Shown here one piece after another: positions 19,275 to 30,316 of a stretch of 64,000 nucleotides of DNA; the first letter of the stretch is position 1, and every line of letters begins with the position of its first letter. The translations under genes and the position numbers were made by a program. The notes beneath the pieces were generated by a model. That model saw only the letters and a list, made by a program, of their open reading frames with translations. It had not been told where the DNA came from and did no database searches. The stretch spans positions 7,041 to 71,040 of the forward strand of contig CALUTP010000040.1 of NCBI GenBank assembly GCA_944323725.1, in the 5' to 3' direction. Source of the DNA: Candidatus Gastranaerophilales bacterium. Lineage in GTDB: Bacteria; Cyanobacteriota; Vampirovibrionia; Gastranaerophilales; Gastranaerophilaceae.

Positions 19275-21902
19275 TTATGCTTTTGTGAATATAAGCCCTT
19301 CAGCAGTTTTATCAATAATAATTTTATCCCCATGTGAAAATTCATTAGCTATAATTTTCATTGAAAGCGGAATTTCTATTTCTTTACGAATTACTCTTCT
19401 AAGCGGACGTGCACCATATAGTGGTTCATATCCTTCATTAGCAAGAAATTCTTTAGCCTTATCAGTAATTTCAAGTTCCATACCCTGCTCTTCTACTCTT
19501 GACTTTAAAGATGAGGTCTGAATTTCCACAATTTTTGCTAATTCACCAAGAGTAAGAGGGTTAAATGTAATGATTTCATCTATTCTGTTTATAAATTCAG
19601 GCTTAAATTTTGAACGCAAAAGTTTATGCACCTCATCATGCTTGACATTCTCATTGAGAGAATTATCAAGTAGAATATCACTACCAAGATTACTTGTCAT
19701 AATGAGTACAGTATTTTTAAAATCAATAAGCTTACCCTGCCCATCAGTAAGTCTGCCGTCATCAAACATTTGAAGCATTATATTAAATATATCAGGATGA
19801 GCTTTTTCAATTTCATCAAACAAAACAACAGAATAAGGTTTACGTCTTACCGCCTCTGTAAGCTGACCTCCATCTTCATATCCAACATAACCGGCAGTTG
19901 TACCAGTAAGTCGAGAAATTGCTTCCTTTTCCATAAATTCACTCATATCAATTCTAATTAGCGAATCTTCATCATTAAATAAAAATTCAGCAAGAGTTTT
20001 ACCAAGCTCAGTTTTACCTACACCTGTAGGGCCAAGGAATAAAAATGAACCGATAGGACGTCTTACATCACGTAATCCAGACCGGGAAAGACGAATTGCA
20101 TTTGCTATTTTTTTAACAGCTTCATCTTGCCCTATTAATCTTTTATGCAGAAATTCTTCCATATTGATAAGCTTACGGGATTCATCTTCAACAAGCCTTG
20201 TAGTTGGAATTCCTGTCCATTTTGCAACAATAGCGGATATATCATCTGCATCGAGTTGTTCCTTTATTAATCTTTTTTTTGTTTTGTCAGATTGGAGTTC
20301 TTTTAACTTTTTCTCCATCTCAAGCATCTGCTTATATTTTAATTCTAATGAAGTCGTTAGCTCACCCTTTTTTTGAGCTATTTCAATTTGAGATTTTAAA
20401 ATCTCAATATTTTTCTTAACTGTAGTTGTATTATTTATTATTTTCTTTTCCTGCATCCACTGATCTTTAAGCTTTGCTATTTTAATTTCAAGATTATCAA
20501 TTTTTTTAGAAATTTTAGCAATTTTACTTTCTGCTTCTTTAGAATTCTCTTCAATTAATGCATTACGTTCAATTTCTAATTGAAGTTTTTCACGAGTATA
20601 AATATCAATATCCTCAGGCATTGTATCAATATTAATTCTCAAAGATGAAGCTGCCTCATCAATCAAATCAATAGCTTTATCCGGTAAATATCTGTCTGTA
20701 ATATATCTTGAAGAAAGTTTTACTGCTTGAACAAGTGCTTCATCAAGTATTTTAATTCCATGAAACACTTCATATTTATTTTTTAAACCGCGCATTATAC
20801 TAATTGCTGTCTCAAAAGAAGGCTCATCTACTTCTACAGGCTGAAAACGGCGTTCTAGAGCTTTATCTTTTTCAATATACTTTTTATATTCGTCAAGAGT
20901 TGTAGCTCCGATTACTCGTATATTTCCCCTTGCTAACATTGGTTTCAGCAGATTTCCTGCATCCACAGAACCATCTGATGCTCCCATTCCCATTATTGTA
21001 TGAATTTCATCTATAAAAAGCATTAAATCATCAGATTTTTCTTCGATTTTCTTTAATACACCCTTCAATCGCTCTTCAAATTGCCCACGATATGAAGCAC
21101 CTGCAAGTAAAGCACCTAAATCTAATGAGAGAATTTTATCATTCTTTAAACTTTCAGGGACATCCCCTTTAATAATTCTTTGTGCTAAGCCTTCTATTAC
21201 TGCAGTCTTACCTACACCAGGCTCACCTACAATAACAGGGTTATTTTTAGAACGACGGTTTAATATTTGGATTACACGTCTAATTTCATCATCTCTGCCG
21301 ATTACAGGATCAAGTTTATTACAGGCTGCTATTGCTGTCAAATCAATTGTATATTTTAAAAGCGGATCTTCTTTAGATTCTTTATTATCCTGAGTAATAG
21401 ATTCCTTAGAATTTTCATCTGGTTTAGCTTTACCTTCACTGCTTTCTAAAATATCAACCGTTGTCATACCATCAATTACATCTTTCATTTTGAAATATAA
21501 TTCTCTGGTATTTATATGATACTGTCCAAAAATATATTCAACTTTTGCAATTTTTGTTTTAAAAAGCGCAAGAAATAAATGTTCAATACTTACAACTTTA
21601 TCTCCATATGCAAGTCCCTCTTTTTCCGCATTTTCTAATAGTTTAATGGTATCCTGCGAAAGAGGAGGCTCAGAATATTTTGAAGGAGTTGCATTCTCAT
21701 TCCTTGGGATAGAGTTATTATAATCACGAATCAATCTTGGATTATCAATCCCGAGTTTTTCCAAGACAATTTTCGGTAAATCATTCTCATCAAGCAAAAG
21801 TGCAAGCATTATATGCTCAGGTTCTACATACTTATAATCTCTTGCATAGACAATCGTCTTAGCTGAATGAATTATATATTGAACATGCTCAGTTAATTCC
21901 AT
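19275..21902 (-). CDS. clpB: ATP-dependent chaperone ClpB
   Basis: 875 aa. Clp N-domain, two AAA+ modules ([18 protein letters not shown]) and a long coiled-coil M-domain between them. Confidence 0.97.
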   Translation of the reverse strand: MELTEHVQYIIHSAKTIVYARDYKYVEPEHIMLALLLDENDLPKIVLEKLGIDNPRLIRDYNNSIPRNENATPSKYSEPPLSQDTIKLLENAEKEGLAYGDKVVSIEHLFLALFKTKIAKVEYIFGQYHINTRELYFKMKDVIDGMTTVDILESSEGKAKPDENSKESITQDNKESKEDPLLKYTIDLTAIAACNKLDPVIGRDDEIRRVIQILNRRSKNNPVIVGEPGVGKTAVIEGLAQRIIKGDVPESLKNDKILSLDLGALLAGASYRGQFEERLKGVLKKIEEKSDDLMLFIDEIHTIMGMGASDGSVDAGNLLKPMLARGNIRVIGATTLDEYKKYIEKDKALERRFQPVEVDEPSFETAISIMRGLKNKYEVFHGIKILDEALVQAVKLSSRYITDRYLPDKAIDLIDEAASSLRINIDTMPEDIDIYTREKLQLEIERNALIEENSKEAESKIAKISKKIDNLEIKIAKLKDQWMQEKKIINNTTTVKKNIEILKSQIEIAQKKGELTTSLELKYKQMLEMEKKLKELQSDKTKKRLIKEQLDADDISAIVAKWTGIPTTRLVEDESRKLINMEEFLHKRLIGQDEAVKKIANAIRLSRSGLRDVRRPIGSFLFLGPTGVGKTELGKTLAEFLFNDEDSLIRIDMSEFMEKEAISRLTGTTAGYVGYEDGGQLTEAVRRKPYSVVLFDEIEKAHPDIFNIMLQMFDDGRLTDGQGKLIDFKNTVLIMTSNLGSDILLDNSLNENVKHDEVHKLLRSKFKPEFINRIDEIITFNPLTLGELAKIVEIQTSSLKSRVEEQGMELEITDKAKEFLANEGYEPLYGARPLRRVIRKEIEIPLSMKIIANEFSHGDKIIIDKTAEGLIFTKA

Positions 21903-21957
21903 AAATTCCCCTTATATAATATAAAATAGTATATTTATCGAGGATTTTTTCAATCAT

Positions 21958-22821
21958 TTAAATATCTGATTTTTCCCACATTTGAGAGTATGAATATGTA
22001 GAAAGCTCGCTTATTTTACGAGGATGAAGGTTTTTTATCCCCCCGATTAAATTAGGGATAGAATATCCCCAGCGATATTTTTCATATAACCCTAAATAAT
22101 ATTTTTCAATTAATTCAAGATAAAAACCAGGCTCCATTTTCAAATATCCAAGCAAAAGTTCAGCCGGCAAATTCCCGCTGCCCCTGCCCATACCATATGC
22201 TGATACGTCAACAGAATATGCTTTATAATTTATCGCACATAATGTATTTGCAAAAGCCATCTGCATATTATTATGTGCATGAAAACTTATATTATTAAAA
22301 CCTAATAGCTGTAATTTCTTAAAATAATTTTGGATATCATCAGGAATAAGGGAACCAAAACTATCAGCAAAATAAATAGAAGAAAGAATACTTTTGTTAT
22401 TCCAGTCAAATAATATATTAAAATGATTATCATTCATCCCATTAATATTCATAAGATGGAGAAAAACTTCGAATCCTTGGTCTGAAAACTCTTCACAAAG
22501 ATGAATTCCAATTTCTACCTCCTCAGGATGACAAGCAATTCTAACAGCATCAATAAAACTCTTATCAGGTTTTGAATAAGCATTCCCTCCAGCATTAACC
22601 ATTGCAACAATTTTTATATTATCTCTTTCACCAAAAATATCAGCAATAGTATCATCACATCTTGCAAATTTTCCACCGATTCCATTGAGATACCCTATCT
22701 CAAAATAATCAATGCCGCTATTTAATGCAGTTTTAAAAGTAGATGTAACAATTTCATTAGAAAAATTCCACCCTGTAAGATGTCCGCCATCACGTATTGT
22801 ACAATCTAATATCTTTGTCAT
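21958..22821 (-). CDS. HMGL-like (pyruvate carboxyltransferase/aldolase-type) TIM-barrel protein
   Basis: MTKILDCTIRDGGH at the N-terminus, and HAHNNMQMAFANT as the metal-binding His-x-His context of the DRE-TIM family. Confidence 0.7.
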   Translation of the reverse strand: MTKILDCTIRDGGHLTGWNFSNEIVTSTFKTALNSGIDYFEIGYLNGIGGKFARCDDTIADIFGERDNIKIVAMVNAGGNAYSKPDKSFIDAVRIACHPEEVEIGIHLCEEFSDQGFEVFLHLMNINGMNDNHFNILFDWNNKSILSSIYFADSFGSLIPDDIQNYFKKLQLLGFNNISFHAHNNMQMAFANTLCAINYKAYSVDVSAYGMGRGSGNLPAELLLGYLKMEPGFYLELIEKYYLGLYEKYRWGYSIPNLIGGIKNLHPRKISELSTYSYSQMWEKSDI

Positions 22822-23130
22822 AAATTGATTATACCACAGAATTTACCAGATTTTTTGCAATATTTAAAACTTTATTAAATACTATTTTATTAATGGAAAA
22901 TTTATCTCTTTATACTTATTCATATAAAATTTCTTTATCATAAATTCCTCTTGAAACTCAACTATAGTTTATTCCTATAACATTTCGAACAAATTTTTAT
23001 ACATTATCCGCGAAATTTACAAAGAATTTTTCACCATATGATATTCTATAGAACCCTGAAGTCAAATTTCGTAAAACTTTCAAATTACAGCATATTTTAA
23101 ATCTATTGCCATCTGAAATAATAGAAAGCA

Positions 23131-24321
23131 TTACTTCACCATATAATTATAAATAATTTCAGAAGCATGAACTATAAAATCTTTTCCTGCCTGCGAATTA
23201 TAAGGACGATTTGCTAAAATAACAACGATATATTTTTTCCCATTAGGGGTATACACAATTCCTGCATCACCAAGCATTTTGCCAATATCTCCGGTCTTAT
23301 GGAGGAAAGATGCCCCATTACCCAGTCCAGCTTGTATTAATCTATTATTTTTTACATGTCCCATATAATCGAAAATTCGTTCCCTAGAAGACATACTCAA
23401 AAATTTAGGATTCTCAATATTATATAACATAACCGCTAAATCTTTTGCAGTAGTATGGTTTGTCCCTTGTAAATCCGGAAGCCAAGTTTTTACATGAGTA
23501 TGCTTTAGTCCCCAATCTCTAATGCCTTGATTAACGTCAGTCATCGAGCCTATTTTAGACATAATCATATTAGTCGCAGAATTATCAGAATCCGTAATCA
23601 TAACTCTTGCAAGGTAATCAAATGTATATTTTGAATTTTCAGCCTTAAATTGCAATCCTCCAGACCCTTCTGAACGATAATATTCAGTCAAAGTCATTTC
23701 ATCATATAAAGAAACTTGATTTAAATCTATAGACCTAAATAATTGCAAAAGTACTGGGATTTTGATAATACTTGCTGCAGAAAATAATTCTGAGCCATTT
23801 ATATCAGCGTAATGCCCAGTGTCATAGTCCCATACATAAACTGAAGGATGAATTGTTGGATATGCTGACATTAGATTTTTAATAGCATTTTCAATGCCAA
23901 CCATCCTTGCATTTTCAACAATCGGTTCCATTAGAGGCTTTTTTACCTCTGCACCTCTAAGAGCTAATTCATTATTAAACAAATGATTATTTAAATAATT
24001 AACTGTAGGAAATACCAGCTGTTTATAGTCGACTTTAATTTCTGGATAAGGTGATTTAAATATCATAGATTTAGTGACCTTATTAAAAGCTGCAGGCAAA
24101 ATTGTACAACCAATAAGAATCATTACACCTATAGAAAGAACCTTATGAATTAAATTATATTTTTTAATCTTTTTTTGATTAGGAACAGGTCGTATTCTTT
24201 CAATTCGTTGAGGCTGAGTATGAATTATTTGTCTTGATGGTATTGACATTACATTATTTGGAGAAATTTCTCCATAATAATATCGTTCACGCCTTTCGTA
24301 TTTTCTTGCTAATTCCGGCAT
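23131..24321 (-). CDS. membrane-anchored class A beta-lactamase-like serine hydrolase
   Basis: N-terminal TM (VLSIGVMILIGCTILPAAF). SxxK (AASIIK), SDN (TDSDNSATN) and KTG (HKTGD) motifs appear in the canonical order. Confidence 0.75.
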   Translation of the reverse strand: MPELARKYERRERYYYGEISPNNVMSIPSRQIIHTQPQRIERIRPVPNQKKIKKYNLIHKVLSIGVMILIGCTILPAAFNKVTKSMIFKSPYPEIKVDYKQLVFPTVNYLNNHLFNNELALRGAEVKKPLMEPIVENARMVGIENAIKNLMSAYPTIHPSVYVWDYDTGHYADINGSELFSAASIIKIPVLLQLFRSIDLNQVSLYDEMTLTEYYRSEGSGGLQFKAENSKYTFDYLARVMITDSDNSATNMIMSKIGSMTDVNQGIRDWGLKHTHVKTWLPDLQGTNHTTAKDLAVMLYNIENPKFLSMSSRERIFDYMGHVKNNRLIQAGLGNGASFLHKTGDIGKMLGDAGIVYTPNGKKYIVVILANRPYNSQAGKDFIVHASEIIYNYMVK

Positions 24322-24440
24322 TGAAAAGTCTCCTCCAAATCTTATCCCTAATCATTTTATATATAATGAATAATATATACAATCATACTATATGCTAGCC
24401 AATCGGGCAAGAAAGTTACATAAATTTTTACATTCCATAC

Positions 24441-24475
24441 GAAAAAACAGCGGAACTAAATTTTTGTTCCGCTGT
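24441..24475 (-). terminator. rho-independent terminator after prs
   Basis: 10-bp stem ACAGCGGAAC/GTTCCGCTGT (24447-24456 / 24466-24475), with a T6 run on the minus strand. Confidence 0.75.
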
Positions 24476-24494
24476 CCTCTTTTTCATATTCCAA

Positions 24495-25508
24495 CTAAGA
24501 CACTTGCATTTCTTTTTCAAATCCAAATAATGAACTTACTGACTCATCATCATGGATTCTAGAAATTGCCTGACCTAAAAGTGGAGCAACTGAAAGTTGT
24601 TTAATATTAGGCGGCATTTTAGACATATCTAGAGGTATTGAGTTTGTTACAATACATTCTTTAATAGGCGCATTTGCTAATCTTTCTATTGCCGGACCTG
24701 AGAATACTGGATGCGCTGCACAAACATATACATCTTTTGCACCTTCTCGTTTTAATAATTTTGAAGCTTCGCATATAGTACCAGCAGTATCAATAATATC
24801 ATCAAACATAACACAAATTTTATCTTTTACATCTCCAATAACATGAGATGCTATAGCTTCATTATGTTTATCCCGACGTTTATCAATAATAGCAAGCGTA
24901 CAGCCTATAGATTTTGCAAAATGTCTTGTTCTTTGAACTCCGCCTGTATCCGGACTTACTGCTACCATATCATCAGGATTGATATTTAAACTTTTTATAT
25001 AATTTACCAAAATTGGTGTTGCAAATATATGGTCAACTAAAATATTAAAAAATCCTTGAATTTGACCTGTATGCAAATCCATTGCAAGCACTCTGTCTAC
25101 ACCTGCAGTTGTAAGCAAATCAGCAACTAATTTGGCTGTAATTGCCTCACGTCCAGAAGTTTTTCTATCTTGTCTTGCATATCCGTAATATGGAATTACT
25201 GCAGTTATAGTTTTTGCACTTGCACGTTTGAATGCATCAATAATAATTAGCAACTCCATCAAATTTTCATTAACTGGATTACATAATGGTTGAATAATAA
25301 AAACGTCATCTCCTCTTACGCTTTCTTTTACTTGGACATAAATCTCACCATCTGCGAAATTTTTAACAAGCATAGGTCCTATAGTAGTACCAAGATAATC
25401 TGCTATCTCCTGAGCAAGCTTGGGATTTGAGCGTCCGGCAAACAATTTGATATCATGAGTCGGATTGATTGCTTTTTCAAGCTGCGGAAATGCCATTTCT
25501 AAAACCAT
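24495..25508 (-). CDS. prs: ribose-phosphate diphosphokinase
   Basis: YYGYARQDRK, DLHTGQIQGFF and the MFDDIIDTAGT PRPP-binding loop. Confidence 0.95.
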   Translation of the reverse strand: MVLEMAFPQLEKAINPTHDIKLFAGRSNPKLAQEIADYLGTTIGPMLVKNFADGEIYVQVKESVRGDDVFIIQPLCNPVNENLMELLIIIDAFKRASAKTITAVIPYYGYARQDRKTSGREAITAKLVADLLTTAGVDRVLAMDLHTGQIQGFFNILVDHIFATPILVNYIKSLNINPDDMVAVSPDTGGVQRTRHFAKSIGCTLAIIDKRRDKHNEAIASHVIGDVKDKICVMFDDIIDTAGTICEASKLLKREGAKDVYVCAAHPVFSGPAIERLANAPIKECIVTNSIPLDMSKMPPNIKQLSVAPLLGQAISRIHDDESVSSLFGFEKEMQVS

Positions 25509-25642
25509 TTTCCATTATCCTTTCTGTTATTCTTTGCATGGATTATTATAATCCTCTTAAATATAAAACACAATCTTTTTTTTAAGTAATATTACGTTTC
25601 ATATCGCTAAGAACCTAAAAAGTAAACAGAAATTTTTTTGCG

Positions 25643-25993
25643 CTAGCGTCTTTCATTAACTTTAATTAAATGCCAGCCAAAATCAGTATGAATAGGATCA
25701 GAGACTTCCCCTACAGGAAGTGAAAATGCTTTTCTTTCGAATTCAGGAACCATTTGACCTCTTCCAAAATAGCCTAAATTCCCGCCATTGCGACCAGAAG
25801 GACAAAGAGAATACTTTTGTGCATAGTATTCAAAACTTCCACCCTCATCAATATCTTTTTTAATTTGAAGCGCTTCTGCAGCAGTTCTAACCAAAATATG
25901 ACTTGCGTTTACTTCTGTAAAATTTTCTTCAGCAAAAGCCATGCCTGTCATAAGAAGTATAATTGCTAATATTTTTGTAAATAATTTAATCAT
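25643..25993 (-). CDS. secreted parvulin-type peptidyl-prolyl isomerase (PpiC family)
   Basis: Signal peptide (MIKLFTKILAIILLMTGMAFA). ASHILV, GGNLGYF and DFGWHLIKV parvulin motifs. Confidence 0.85.
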   Translation of the reverse strand: MIKLFTKILAIILLMTGMAFAEENFTEVNASHILVRTAAEALQIKKDIDEGGSFEYYAQKYSLCPSGRNGGNLGYFGRGQMVPEFERKAFSLPVGEVSDPIHTDFGWHLIKVNERR

Positions 25994-26041
25994 AAAAGTA
26001 TAGTACTACAAACTTAAAAAATATCAATGAGTTAATTGTAT

Positions 26042-26069
26042 AAAAAAGGACTCCTTTTGAAAGGAGTCC
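26042..26069 (-). terminator. rho-independent terminator after the ferritin gene
   Basis: GGACTCCTT/AAGGAGTCC stem (26048-26069), followed on the minus strand by T6. Confidence 0.75.
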
Positions 26070-26091
26070 TCAATTATTAATTATTTTGAAT

Positions 26092-26601
26092 TTACCCGAT
26101 AACAGGTGCAACAAAAGTTCTTGCAGCAAGATCTTTATCCAGCATCAACAACGCTTTTTTATCATCTCCGATAAGTTTTAAAGTTGCAAGTACGCCACCA
26201 ACTGAAGCTTCCTCTTCTACTTGTTCTTTCAAATACCAATCAAGGAAAGAAAGAGCAGCTCTGTCTTTTTGGTCTTCTGCAACATCCATTAAAGCGTTAA
26301 TTTTTGATGTAACTAATTCTTCATGTCTTAAAACATGTTCAAATACTTCTAATGGAGAATTCCATTTTGTTTCTGGTTTTGCAATAGTTTCTAATTCAAC
26401 TTTTCCACCACGTTCATGAACATAATTAAACATTCCCATAGCATGAGCATGTTCTTCTTGGACTTGAACTGTCATCCAGTTTACAAACCCTTTAAGATTT
26501 AAAGATTCAAAATATGACTGCATTGCAAGGTACAAATATTCTGAATAAAATTCTGCATTTATTTGCTCATTAAAAGCTCTTTCCATTTTTTCGCTAATCA
26601 T
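26092..26601 (-). CDS. ferritin (non-haem, Ftn type)
   Basis: INAEFYSEYLYLAM and QVQEEHAHAM ferroxidase-centre residues. 169 aa. Confidence 0.9.
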   Translation of the reverse strand: MISEKMERAFNEQINAEFYSEYLYLAMQSYFESLNLKGFVNWMTVQVQEEHAHAMGMFNYVHERGGKVELETIAKPETKWNSPLEVFEHVLRHEELVTSKINALMDVAEDQKDRAALSFLDWYLKEQVEEEASVGGVLATLKLIGDDKKALLMLDKDLAARTFVAPVIG

Positions 26602-26669
26602 TTTATAATCCTTTCTTATTTTTTCTTACTTTGAAATTTTAACATTCTATATTAAAATAATATTTAAAA

Positions 26670-28628
26670 TTAAGTATTTTTTAACATTTCGATTTTTTCA
26701 TCCAAAGAAGTTTTATTAAAATTAATTTTTGAAGCAATAATAGGCTGTCTATACTCAACTTTATTTATAGAACGGGCATCTACAATTGGAGAAGGAGGCA
26801 TGATAGTCCATTTATATAAAGAAGTAGACATTCTGCGGAAAAATTTTTCTAGCCATTGCATTTTTTGCTCTTTAGAGATTTTTTCTTTTGTTTCATATAA
26901 AAATTCTGAATCAATCATATCTCCGATTGATTGATGTAAATTTTCTACTCTCCATATTACCTCATCAAGGAACTCATACGGCATAAGTGCTTCCTCTGCA
27001 AGAAGCGGTCTATTCGTTTTAGGATTAATAGCAAGCTCAGCTCCAGGACGCTTTGCAATTATAGATTCAGGAATAGCATTTTTCCTTTCACGATTTTCAT
27101 TCATCCATCTTGCAAGAGCGAACAATTTTGTTTTAGTAACATCAGCAATTGGAGCAAAACCTCCAGACATGTCGCCGTTTATTGTCGCATATCCCATATA
27201 CAATTCAGATTTGTCCGAAGTAGCAATAGGAAGTGTTGATTGAAATTCATTAGCAATTCCCCAAAGGATTAAAGCTCTTGAACGTGCTTGAATATTATCA
27301 TTCGTGAAACATTCTGCATATCGACAATTCCATTTTTTATCGACATTCGCAAAAACTTCATTGAATTTTACCCGAGTTGCATCATACATATCTTTTATTG
27401 ATATTTCGGTAAAATTAATCCCTAAGTTTTCAGCAAGTTCTCTTGCATCGTTTTTACTTTCCTTGCTTGTAATCTTTGATGGCATACTAATTCCTAGTAC
27501 ATTTTCTGCCCCAAGCGCATCAGCAAGCAATGTTGCACAAACTGTAGAGTCTAAGCCTCCAGATAAACCTAAAACAGCTCTTTTGAATCCTGTTTTTTTA
27601 AAATAATCTTGAATAGATTGCACTATTGTTAAATAAGTCCTTTCCAAATCAGGTTCATGATCAAGAGTAAAAGCTTTTTGTGAATTAAGTGTTTTTTCAA
27701 GCCCTTTTGGAAGAGGATAAATTTTACCAAGGTCTTTGAAAGGATTAACTATAAAGAACTGCTCTTTATATGATTTTGCCATCGCTATCAAATTTCCATC
27801 AGCATCATAGACTCTGCTTGCACCTTCAAAAGATAGACACTCTCCCGAGCCTACCTGATTTGCATAAGCGATTGGAGTCTTATACTTCTTTGCAGCAAAG
27901 GATAACATATTATGTTTTAATTGTTCTTTTTTAGCTCTTGTAATAGAAGCAGATGGATTGATTAAATAATCTGGGTGCTGCTCTTTTACAACGACTTCGA
28001 CTGGATCTTCCTTATATAAATTTTTATCAAAGAAATCAAAATCATTCCAACCATCTTCACAAATAATTATACCAGCTTTTTTACCACCTAAATCCACTAT
28101 TCTAGATTCACTATTAACAGAAGCTGGCTCAAAATGCCTATAATCATTAAATTCAGCATAATTAGGCAACAATGACTTTCTAATAATCTGTTGAATTTTG
28201 CCTTCAGATAAAATTGCTATAGAATTATAATAGTTTTTACCAACTTTTTCTTTATTAATTTCAACGAAACCTATAATCACTTTTACACGTTTTGTCAATT
28301 TTGCAAGAGCTTCCAGCCATTCTACATTCTCCTCTACGATGACAGGAAATCTATCTATAAAATCCCCGATAGGATAACCTATCATGTACATTTCTGGAAA
28401 AACTATTGCATCTATTTCTAACCTATTTGCCCATTCAATCCATTTTAAAGCTTTTTTAGCATTATATTCGACATATCCTGAGATAGGGTTAATTTGGGCT
28501 AGTACAATCGAATTTTTTGGTAAAAGAGTATTCAATTCTTTCGAAATTTTTTCTTTTTCAATCTCTGAAAGTAAATTCTCTTCTAAATCTTTATCAATTA
28601 AATCGGTTAGTTCATAAATTCTATTCAT
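26670..28628 (-). CDS. nadE: glutamine-dependent NAD+ synthetase
   Basis: N-terminal CN-hydrolase domain (ICEDGW) plus a C-terminal synthetase with the GLSGGLDS PP-loop. 652 aa. Confidence 0.93.
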   Translation of the reverse strand: MNRIYELTDLIDKDLEENLLSEIEKEKISKELNTLLPKNSIVLAQINPISGYVEYNAKKALKWIEWANRLEIDAIVFPEMYMIGYPIGDFIDRFPVIVEENVEWLEALAKLTKRVKVIIGFVEINKEKVGKNYYNSIAILSEGKIQQIIRKSLLPNYAEFNDYRHFEPASVNSESRIVDLGGKKAGIIICEDGWNDFDFFDKNLYKEDPVEVVVKEQHPDYLINPSASITRAKKEQLKHNMLSFAAKKYKTPIAYANQVGSGECLSFEGASRVYDADGNLIAMAKSYKEQFFIVNPFKDLGKIYPLPKGLEKTLNSQKAFTLDHEPDLERTYLTIVQSIQDYFKKTGFKRAVLGLSGGLDSTVCATLLADALGAENVLGISMPSKITSKESKNDARELAENLGINFTEISIKDMYDATRVKFNEVFANVDKKWNCRYAECFTNDNIQARSRALILWGIANEFQSTLPIATSDKSELYMGYATINGDMSGGFAPIADVTKTKLFALARWMNENRERKNAIPESIIAKRPGAELAINPKTNRPLLAEEALMPYEFLDEVIWRVENLHQSIGDMIDSEFLYETKEKISKEQKMQWLEKFFRRMSTSLYKWTIMPPSPIVDARSINKVEYRQPIIASKINFNKTSLDEKIEMLKNT

Positions 28629-28689
28629 AATAATTTTGTTATATCACAAACAAAACGCAAAAATTTTTTTTCACAAATTTTATGCAAAT

Positions 28690-29676
28690 ATGCAAATTTC
28701 AAGTACTAATTTCACTCAACAAAATAAATATAAATTGAAAAATATTCAATTTCGGGGTTACAAATCTGTTTTTAGCAAAAAGCTTGATGAAGTATTATTA
28801 TCAGGGACACAGCCCGATTTTGAAACTCAAAAATTTTTAATAAGCAAATTACAAAATTTTATTAAAAAGAAATTAAAATCCAATAGAAAAATAGGGCAAG
28901 GCTTTAATGGTTCTGTATATAAAATTGATGATAGTTATGTGCTGAAAGTTCACAAACATGACAAGCCTTATGCTGATATGATGGATAAAATTAATCCACA
29001 AAAATTCAAAAACTTAAAAACATATTATGGAGAACCTGTTGCAAAATTTTATGATGCTCAAATTCTAAGGAACGTATCTTCAAATGGAGAACAAATCCAA
29101 GCAGGAATTCCTCAAAAATATTCCCTTATGTTTACATCAGAAGAATGTAAAGAATATTATGAAGAATTTTACCTGCCATTATTTTCGAAAATCCCGCAAA
29201 AAAGCTATAATGCAATAGCTAAAGATTGTGATACCCTAAATAAAATGGGGAATGATAAAATTTCATACTCTTTCGATTATTTAAATCCTAACAATTTCGT
29301 TCTTGTGGGGAAAACTATCAGAATAACGGATGTAATAACCCAAGAAACTTATGAAAACCCAAATACAATCGCACAATTACTTTATTCATTCTTACAAAAA
29401 ACTGATTTAGACGGCTATGCAACATATAGCAAATATTCTGAACCTTTTAAAAGAATTATAATGAAAAAAATCGTACTTGCAGGAATGAAATATAATCTTC
29501 CAATAGAAAATTCTCCATATGATAAAAAAATCTGGCAAGTAGTATCAAATGGATTATGTAAATCAAACGAAAATTATACAAATATTATTGAAAATCTAAA
29601 AAATTTCCAAAAAATTCCTAATATAAAATTACGCCTGCAAAAGACAAATGATTATATTGAAAACATATATAATTAA
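28690..29676 (+). CDS. hypothetical protein with a protein-kinase-like N-lobe signature
   Basis: KIGQGFNGSVYKIDDSYVLKV resembles a Gly-rich loop plus the VxK lysine. FDYLNPNNFVL resembles the D-x-x-x-x-N catalytic loop. IRITDV sits at the DFG position. Started at ATG 28690 (MQISSTNF); the ORF track starts at TTG 28636. Confidence 0.45.
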   Translation: MQISSTNFTQQNKYKLKNIQFRGYKSVFSKKLDEVLLSGTQPDFETQKFLISKLQNFIKKKLKSNRKIGQGFNGSVYKIDDSYVLKVHKHDKPYADMMDKINPQKFKNLKTYYGEPVAKFYDAQILRNVSSNGEQIQAGIPQKYSLMFTSEECKEYYEEFYLPLFSKIPQKSYNAIAKDCDTLNKMGNDKISYSFDYLNPNNFVLVGKTIRITDVITQETYENPNTIAQLLYSFLQKTDLDGYATYSKYSEPFKRIIMKKIVLAGMKYNLPIENSPYDKKIWQVVSNGLCKSNENYTNIIENLKNFQKIPNIKLRLQKTNDYIENIYN

Positions 29677-29690
29677 GTTTATTTTGAAAA

Positions 29691-30272
29691 TTAAGTGTTA
29701 ATCAAATCAACTTTCCCTGTTGAATGATTAAAATGACATTTTGCAATGTATAATTCTTTATTTTCAACAGCATCACAAATAATTTTCGAATTTTCAATAA
29801 GAAATTTTTCTACCCAAAAGGTATGTTTTTTGGCGAATTCAGTACTACACACTGATGGGCCGTAATTTTCAATAACAGGATATACACACTTTGTAAAAGC
29901 TTTGAAATTTTCAGTTACATTAGGGTAATTTTCCCCAGCAAATTTCATAACACCGCAATCATCATGCCCTAAAAGTATCAGTAAAGGTAAATGTAATTTT
30001 TTTACAGCATACTCAATACTTTCTACGACATTAGGACCTGTAGTCATACCAGCGACTCTTACAACAAATAATTCCCCAATCCCGCAATCAAAAATTATTT
30101 CAGGAACAACTCTTGAATCAGAGCAAGTAAGTACAACAGCAAAAGGAGCTTGATATTTCTCATACTTTTGAAGAGTTTCTAAACTCTTTGTCACAGCCTG
30201 AGGATTACCGTTAATAAAATTCTCATTACCTTTCAAAAGTTTTTCTAACTCTTTTTTTGCCTTCTCTATCAT
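29691..30272 (-). CDS. beta-class carbonic anhydrase
   Basis: CSDSRVVPE and GHDDCG zinc-ligand motifs, plus FVVRVAG. Confidence 0.9.
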   Translation of the reverse strand: MIEKAKKELEKLLKGNENFINGNPQAVTKSLETLQKYEKYQAPFAVVLTCSDSRVVPEIIFDCGIGELFVVRVAGMTTGPNVVESIEYAVKKLHLPLLILLGHDDCGVMKFAGENYPNVTENFKAFTKCVYPVIENYGPSVCSTEFAKKHTFWVEKFLIENSKIICDAVENKELYIAKCHFNHSTGKVDLINT

Positions 30273-30316
30273 ACAAAACCCTCCTTTTTATGGAATTATA
30301 CCATAAAAAAGCCGAA

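Noticed and set aside
22039-22044. C6 run inside the HMGL-like gene and G6 run at about 45026-45031, considered as additional phase-variable tracts
   Set aside because: They are only 6 nt long and lie in-frame within intact ORFs. They are well below the lengths that usually give appreciable slippage, unlike the two 11-nt tracts.
28682-28697. Direct duplication ATGCAAAT-ATGCAAAT at the start of the kinase-like ORF
   Set aside because: It is a very short AT-rich repeat, likely chance. It only creates ambiguity about which ATG is used.
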